A DNA stretch of 64,000 bases, taken from the NCBI RefSeq assembly GCF_009914755.1, contig NC_060936.1; one strand, 5' to 3'. The DNA is from the human T2T-CHM13v2.0 reference genome, Homo sapiens. This document shows, in pieces, positions 55,785 through 64,000 of the stretch (positions are counted from its first letter, which is position 1; every line of letters starts with the position of its first letter). The notes beneath the pieces are model-generated. The model did not search any database and was not told the DNA's origin. It worked only from the letters and a program-made list of their open reading frames with translations. A program made the translations under genes and the position numbers.

Positions 55785-56970
55785 ATTCATTCATATGTTA
55801 ATCAAATACTTTTTGAACATCTTCTATGTGTTTCAGGTGTTGACAGTGCAGAGGTGAGCACGTGTTCTCCAGGGTGAAGGACACTGGAGGAGATTTAGGG
55901 TTATAAAAACAAACAGATAACAAATGCACATATATTCAGAGTAACATGATAGAAATAGATGGTCAGGAGATACCACCTCAGTTTGGGCGATGAGGAAGGC
56001 CTTGACCCAAGGAGGTGACATGATGTGAGCTGAGATGATGTGGAAGGTGTTGGGGCTTAGAAAACAACACCCCAAAATGAAGGCCTCAGAAGCAGCCTCA
56101 GAAGCAAAAGTTTTTCTCTGACCTTCTCCTGCCCTCCTGTTTCTCAGTCCCATTCTCTCCTGAGGCTAGCTATAGAAACTAGGATCCCTCTTCCCCAGGG
56201 TGGGTCATAGAAACCAGACCCCTTCTTCCCCAAAGCCAGCCATAAAATCTAAAAATATTACTCTAACTTTCCCTCCACCTTTCTATGTGAAAACTGGCCA
56301 CAGAGAAATTATCTGACTTACCTTGTTTGACTGTAGGTCGTAATACCCCCATTCCAGAGAGGGTCTTGCCCAACACAGAGAAGGAAGGAATGCATGCTCA
56401 GGGGGGCCAAGAAGAATCTAGACAGACAGGCCTTCCTGGCTTTCTTCACTCAGTCTATTAGCATTAGATCAGACCCTTTTTTTGGTCCAATAATATTTCG
56501 GCACAGCTGTCCATACTTTGTTGAAACGAAGTGTAAAAATGGACAATCTCCCCAGTATTTTTGGGTCTTCATCCTGAAGGCTCCCATGTTTACATGCTAA
56601 ATAAATTTGTATGCCTTTTCTCTTAGTAATCTGCTTGAATGTGAATTGATTTTTCAGCAAACCTTTAGAGGGCCAAGGGCAACTTTCTTCTTGGCCCCAA
56701 CAAAGGAGAAGGACGGAGATGCATGTAAAGCGGTCCAGGCAGAGGGAAGAGCAACTGTAATGGCCCTGAGGCAGGAATATACTTGGAGTTTGCAAAGAAT
56801 CAGATGATATCCAGGCTAGAATCAGAGTAAGGGCATGTCTGGAAAAAGTGGAAAAGGCAGCAGGGGTTAATGATAAGCACGTGGCCATGGCTGGGCTTCG
56901 GGAAGGGTGAGGCTTCAGGTCTTTGTGGTTTGGTCTGAAAGCGACTGAGGTTCCACTGGGTGAGCTGCTC
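55785..56970 (-). mobile_element. L2, interrupted by MER39
   Basis: CATTCATTCA tail; GGAAGGCCTT...GGAGGTGACAT; CCAGGCAGAGGGAAGAGCA..GGCCCTGAGGCAGGAA. Confidence 0.7.
56048..56702 (+). mobile_element. MER39-family ERV1 solo LTR
   Basis: TGTTGGGG...CCCCAACA termini, GGCCTCAGAAGCAGCCTCAGAAGC; 4-bp TSD AAGG. Confidence 0.88.
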
Positions 56971-57432
56971 AGGGCACATCCTGATGCAGACAGCCTGTTG
57001 GCTCTGACAGCAGCTCTCCCATCCTCCCAGCTGCAATGACTGCCGAGTTGGCTTTGCTTTGAGTATTCCAATCACACAGGGCCTGCACCTCTCTGCATTC
57101 CCTGGGGGTGATTTTGATAGTTTCTCTGTGTGCACAGTGATTTTGAGGCAGGAGATACATGAGCGACTGCAGCAGCATAAGAAGTCAGTGGTGTCAATGC
57201 CTGACAACTACCATGACTGAAAAAGTTAGATTCCTGAAGTGACTTCATTTATATTGCCATATCCTGACAGAATCTGAGGCCACTCTTGGTATATGAACAC
57301 AGTATCATCTTATATATATGGAAATAAAAAAGAATGGGAGGTTTTTTTTTTTCTTAAGCAAAAGGAAAATATTAACTCAAGACCCAAACTGTTTTATTCA
57401 TTTGTGGACTCCCACAATACCTTCCTTACACA

Positions 57433-58066
57433 GTTATTTCACTGATTCTAGAACACACACTTTTCCTCATTTACCATCTGTGAAATGATAATGCATCTTA
57501 CAATCCACAGTGCCTCACAATTGCCATCACATGGTTGTCATAGCCCATACCCACATGCTTGGTCATAGCTGTTCATGTGTTGAGTATAATTGGCATTTAA
57601 ACTGTGTTCAAAATGATTACATTATAATTTGGCATCAGTACTTGGAAAGATACAAATACAGTAGGGAGAGGATAATTTGATATTTGTGAAGCAAATAACT
57701 TCACTGGAGAAGAGACTGCAATGACATATTTCCTTTAAAAGCAGTAACCATGTGCATTGTGGGTCTGAAGGAAGGAAGATATCCACAAATGCATGAGGCC
57801 TTATTATGCTTTGTTACTGCAATATATGAAAAAGATTACATGTTACATGCCAAGGAACTCAACAAAGGCAGGAGTAATTGACAAAGCCCTCTATATGAAG
57901 GAAATGTTCAATCTGTGTGAGGCTGTGATGGGTTTATGTGTTGGACAGAATCACCATAAGGCTCTGTGTCACAGATTAATTGGCAGCACTTGTTTTTCTT
58001 TTGTAGGAATGCATAACATAATGATGCATCTTATAATAGATGGTATTTCTAGGTTCCATGAAATAG
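57433..58066 (+). mobile_element. Kanga/MER104-type TcMar-Tc2 DNA transposon relic
   Basis: Ends TATTTCA.TGATTCTAG / CTAGGTTCCATGAAATA, repeated ATGCATCTTA(C/T)AAT subterminal motif; transposase-like remnant GLKEGRYPQMHEALLCFV. Confidence 0.65.
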
Positions 58067-58257
58067 AGTGGAACAAAGTAGATGTTTTTGTCGTTAGACT
58101 AGGGCTATGCAAATACTAGACCTCACTTATCCCATCACGTTCAAAATGTCTCTGCAGTTTATTTACATATTACCAAAGAGCTGTCCACTTGAAAACTTAT
58201 AGTCAGCATTGTGTCTCAAGCCAAGGTAAACCAAACTAAACATTCTTATGGCAACAT

Positions 58258-58536
58258 GGCCAGGCGCTGTGGCTCACGTCTGTAATCCCAGCACTTTGGG
58301 AGGCCGTGGTGGGCAGATCACGAGGTCAGGAGTTCGAGACCAGCCTGGCCAAAATAGTGAAACCCCATCTTGACTAAAAATACAGAAAACTAGCTGGGTG
58401 TGGTGGCGGGTCCCTGTAATCCTAGCTACTCGGGAGGCTGAGGCTTGAACCTGGGAGGCAGAGGTTGCAGTGAGCCGAGATAGCGCTGCTGCACACCAGC
58501 TGGGGCGACAGAGCTCTGTCTCAAAAAAAAAAAAAA
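58258..58536 (+). mobile_element. AluSg-like
   Basis: GATCACGAGGTCAGGAGTTCGAGACCAGCC; small deletion in right arm. Confidence 0.9.
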
Positions 58537-59239
58537 TTCTTACAGAAACTTGATACTCTTGGTTGGTGAACTGAATTTTATCAAAAGCATCTATGGCACA
58601 CAGGCAGATGATTGTAGAATACATGGCCTTAATGAAAAATAAGCTAACTGCTTAGGCGATTATTTCAAATTCAGTTTAAGGAAGTCACTGTGTTTTAGCG
58701 TCTGATTTTGAACATCAGGACTAAAGACCCTGAGGCTTTTTTCCTTTAAGGTACTATCAGGTCAGTGTGAAAAAGCTGTTTGCCAGGGGAGCCAGTTGGA
58801 AATGAATGAAATAATTTACATTCCTGCTGTGGGCAAGTTGTCAATCATTATGTGTGAAGCCTGTACCATCATTTTTCTCCTATATCTACACAAGGATGCT
58901 GTCTTAAGGATGTAGTCAAGTGCCGTGACAAATAGCAGGTCAATAGCTGAGGACACGTTGCCTGGTGTGTGGTGGTAGAGAAAGGGCACACCTCTATTCC
59001 CCAAACTCCAGGCCGGCTGCTTGATGTAATAGCAGGTTGTAAAGTGAAAAAGCTTCTGCATGAAAGGATAGCCTTTACATGGGGTACAGAGCGCAGAAAC
59101 GTTTTTTGGCCACACATTGGTTTTTCTCAGCCATGGATCATAATGATTATCAGTAGAATCATTTGTTTTAAATGCAGAGAAGAGCTGAAATGCTTCTATG
59201 TATCATTGCTTCTGGAGATTTCTAGAAATGTGTGCTAGG

Positions 59240-60125
59240 TAGTTCAATTTACCATGTCCAAATGGAACTCTTGATTTCTCCCTCCAAATTTTCCCTAACA
59301 AATATTCCCAATCTCAAGAAACCTCAGGCCAAAAACATTTCCACCGATCCTTAATTCCTTTGATTTATCTACAATCAATATCACATTCATCATCTCTATT
59401 TTCCTTGTAAATCCTGACTCAGATATTCTCACCTTCTTCACCACACCACTTTAGTACAAGGCACCACCATCTCTTGCCCCGACTACTAGGTGAATGCCTC
59501 AGTAGGTTTTCAATGACCTCCATCCCCATTCCCACAGCAGCCAAAGTGAGCCTTTCAAGCATAAACCAAACCATATCTCTCTCCTGTTTAACACCCCTCT
59601 GATGCTCATGCTCACATTTAGATTACTATGCAACCCCTCTCCACAGCTCACAATACCTGATCCTGGGCCACCACTGTGACATCTTTTCTATCAGCCTTTT
59701 CCCTGGCTCATGCTACTACAGCCACACTGGCTTCCTTGCTGGTCCTCAAACAGGCACGGTCCTGCCGCAGGGGATCTGCACTTGCCGCTCCCTCAGCCTG
59801 GAGTGCTGATCTCTGCATGGCTTCTTCCCACACTTGGTTCAGATCTCTGCCTAAATGAAACCTCCTTAAAGAAGTCTTTCCTGATCACCCTCCTGAAGAT
59901 CTGGTCACTGTCTATCCTCTTACCCTGCTCTATGTTTCCTTATAGTATGTGCCACTAGCTGATATCATATTACAGACTTATCTGTTACCTGCTTATTGTC
60001 TTTGTCCAGCTCTAGAATGTAAGTTCCATAAGAGCAGGAGCTCTGTTGGTTTTGTTTCCAATGCATTTCTAGAGACTAGAACAGTGCTTGGCATATAGTA
60101 GGTGTTCAGTAAATATTTTCATTCA
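59240..60125 (+). mobile_element. L2 (L2a-like) 3' portion
   Basis: CATGTCCAAA..GAACTCTTGAT...CACAGCAGCCA...CTAGAATGTAAGTTCC...AACAGTGCTTGGCATATAGTAGGTG. Confidence 0.85.
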
Positions 60126-60694
60126 ATATAAATACTACATATACTTCTTCATATGTCGTCTTCCCAGTTGGACACTTTCTAGGCATACTGGGCCCTCACA
60201 AAGATATATAGAGTGTGGACTACCTTTCAACTGAAGCATTTTACCGGACATGCCAACTGATGGCAGCACCCAGGGATGGCAATGAGATGGTGTGTGCATC
60301 ACCCAAGTGGCCCTCCACAGTCAAGTAGGTCGCTGAAGTCTGTCTCTGATGACTTTGCCTCCCACGTCTTCCTCTGTGTCTTTCTTTCCCATTCCTCCCC
60401 TGGCAGCAATTCATTCAGTGGGTATTTTTAAGCACCTGCTTTGTAAAGGGCATTGTGTGAACATACAGCTGAGCCCTCCGAAGTCAGGTCTTCAAGGAGT
60501 TTGGTGTCTGGTGGAGAGGCGCGATGAACCCACACAAATACAAGGGCTGGTAAAAGGTGAAGTGTCTTGCCCCAGTGGAATAAGGAACTAGAAACTGAAA
60601 TTGGCTCATCTGACTCTGAGTCCAGCCTCTCATCCACTCTGCTGCCTTGCAGCCCACCCAAGCCTGCCTTCCCTCTGGCGCTCCTCTGCAGTTT

Positions 60695-60822
60695 GTTTGT
60701 TTGTTTGTTTGTTTATTTATTTATTATTATACTTTAAGTTTTAGGGTATATGTGCACAATGCGCAGGTTAGTTACATATGTATACATGTGCCATGCTGGT
60801 GCGCTGCACCCACTAACTCGTC
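60695..60822 (-). mobile_element. Very short young L1 (L1PA2-like) 3' end
   Basis: TTATTATACTTTAAGTTTTAGGGTA...GGTGCGCTGCACCCACTAACTCGTC; TSD TCCTCTGCAGTTT (60682-60694, 60821-60833). Confidence 0.92.
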
Positions 60823-61254
60823 CTCTGCAGTTTTAATCTTTGTTCTAAATCCTCCTTTTCCCCTTCTCTATATTCAAAGCACCAAATCCTGCCCTTCTAG
60901 GTGAAGTTATACATCAGCTGATGATCAGATCAGACTAGTTCACAGTAAGTGAGAATGACTCATAGATTTAGTTCTCTCAGGTGGCGTTTGTATTGTAGTT
61001 TGTCTCTGCTGCAGCCAGTCACAAGGAGATACATGTGTGGGAGTATCTGTTTCTCTATTTTTGGGGGGACTGCGGGAAAAAGGATGCCACCTGGGGTCTG
61101 CTTATTTACTGTAAGTCTTTCTACCTTACCCTGCCTCTTGGGCTTCCATAATGAAGTAGGTCTGGCCATGGGTCTTTCTCCTTCCTTAGTACAATTTCTA
61201 AAGGGAAGGCAATATTCCATTTTTGGCATTTGGGAGGTGGTGAAACAGGCACCC

Positions 61255-61288
61255 TCTCTGTTCTCTCTCACTCTTTCTCTCTCTCTAT

Positions 61289-61320
<32 letters not shown>
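61255..61320. repeat. (CT)n-(GT)n compound microsatellite
   Basis: Direct reading. Confidence 0.85.
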
Positions 61321-62741
61321 ATAGTGGTACTACAGGGTCATTTATACCAGCACGCCTCATAAGTTGCACCCCTGTTCGTCTTGTGCACCATGTGCCCTCC
61401 AGTGGCTGCCACGAAGAAGAAATGGAACTTCCTAAGTCAGCCATCCTGACAGACACTGTTGGAAACTTTCTCTGCAAGGCTGAGAACATGAGGGAAAGAC
61501 TGCGGATGTTCATTCTGTTGTTAAACGTATCTCTGTTGCAAGACCAGCCTAGTGTACCGCCTTTCATGACACAATACATCTGTGAATATAAAATAACAGG
61601 AACTGGTGGCTTTTCTCATCAAAATCCAACCAGTTCTCTTCAGACACTTCTTAACCTGTAAAATGGGAATGGCAACAGTGTGCATCTCATAGGGTTCAGG
61701 TGAGGGGAAATATATCAGGATATATGATGTATATATGACATATATGTCAGACTTAGAACACTCTCACACAAAAGTGTCTTTAGGTCAATCAACAGGTATT
61801 TATTTGCCACCTCCGGTGTGCTAGAAACTGTTCTAGGAGCTGGGGATACAGGAGTCAACAAAATAATCTATGCCCTGATGGGGCTGATTGTGGTTAATAA
61901 TCATGATAGCAAAGGCATAGCCAGGATCCAAATCCCCGCAGTCTAGCTCCGAGTCCCCAGTCTCCTCCATGACTCCATAGCACCTCTTGTTCACTGAGCA
62001 AGAGAATGCGAATAATACACTTGAGATGACGTTGTGAGTTGAGAGCCTGGACCTCAGGGATAAAGACCTGTACTTGGCAGCCATCTACTTTGAGTCTGCT
62101 AGCTGAAACCTGTCCAAGAACATAACACTGGGGAAAGGAGGTTTGAGAAAAAATTCTTGAGCAAGATTGACAATTAACGAAGGGGAAGATAAAGGAAGAG
62201 TTACTAAAACAAATTCCCATTATTGTTACTACTATTATTCCCTGTGCTCATCTAGAGGAGTCAAGTAACCTAAGGAATCAAATTCAATGAAAAAATATTG
62301 GTTGCACACCCACTCTGAGCGAAGAGTGGATGTGCAACAAATATTTGAGCAAGGCACGAAAATGATTTTTCATTAGACAGATACTTTGCAATTTAATTTT
62401 CTAAAATAGCTGAGTTTGATGGTCAATGAGTTCAATAAACAATTTTCCAGCTTTTTATATATCTAGCAATTCCATGATCACACAGTGTGTTTATCATCTA
62501 TCATTCTCCAATTACTGAATATTGGTTGGGGTTCCTGTCCCCCAGTTTTCCATACATTTAGGCCTCCTTGCATGGTACCCTATCCAGGTCATTTTTTTCC
62601 CCCCGGTGAGCCCCCATTGATCATCTTAGATTTTCTGAGATGGTTTTGATTTCACATATTTTGAGTGGGGGCTTACAAACAATAATAAGATCATCCATAA
62701 TTCTAAAATCTCTCTTCTTTTCTCTAATTAAAACCTTTGTG

Positions 62742-63627
<886 letters not shown>

Positions 63628-63689
63628 TGCTTCCCATAAATCTTAGGAACTTGGAAGCTGCCCCTCCATTTGCCCTCCTTTAAGCAAAA

Positions 63690-63910
63690 AATTGAATGCT
63701 ATTTGCAAAGCATTGTATAAAATGCTTTATTAGATTATCTTATTGAATCCTGACAACAATATCTAGCAGACAGATATAATGCTATTATCCAAATTTCAGA
63801 GGCAAGGAAATTGAAGCTTAGAGAAGTTTAAGTGACTTGACCAAAGTGCTTTTAGAAAAGCAGAGATTCTACAACCAGTCTTCTAAATCTTGGAAGACTG
63901 CTTTTAGCCA
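63690..63910 (-). mobile_element. MIR
   Basis: GAATCCTGACAACAA...AGGAAATTGAAGCTTAGAGAAG..TAAGTGACTTG. Confidence 0.7.
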
Positions 63911-64000
63911 CGGCTGCCTGCCATTTACTCTTTGGATTCTCCATTCTACCTGTTCTGCTGCCTACTTCTACCACCTAATTAGGAGAAGACCTTGTGTTCC

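Noticed and set aside
56469-57071. Longest ORF (200 aa)
   Set aside because: Runs across MER39 and L2 repeat sequence; no protein homology.
61268-61579. Minus-strand 103-aa ORF starting right after an acceptor-like TTCACAG
   Set aside because: No recognisable protein, no good donor, and it runs into a microsatellite.

Overview
This is primate genomic DNA, most likely human or great ape, judging from AluY elements and an L1PA2-like insertion. It is AT-rich and CpG-poor, with no recognisable protein-coding exon, RNA gene or CpG island, so it looks intergenic or deep intronic. Interspersed repeats dominate: about 26 Alus (J, S and Y types, plus monomers), old and young L1 fragments, L2, MIR, MaLR/ERVL/ERV1 solo LTRs (MLT1, THE1, LTR8, MER4-group, MER39, MER73/74-like, LTR16/33-like, LTR41) and DNA transposon relics (MER5, Tigger13a, Kanga-type). 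The ORFs in the supplied track appear to be repeat-derived or chance frames. The most striking item is a decayed but collinear apolipoprotein A-IV (APOA4)-like coding fragment carried antisense inside an LTR41-type solo LTR at about 46.76-46.93 kb, consistent with host-gene capture by an ancient ERVL; it may already be noted in repeat databases. Other points of interest: a 133-bp tandem duplication across an L1 5' junction, a tailless Alu with intact TSDs, three Alu insertions at one target, a very short young L1, and candidate regulatory or splice-signal islands at about 20-21, 26-27 and 50.6 kb. Repeat family names come from recalled consensus sequences, not from a RepeatMasker run. I found no clear novel multi-gene system.
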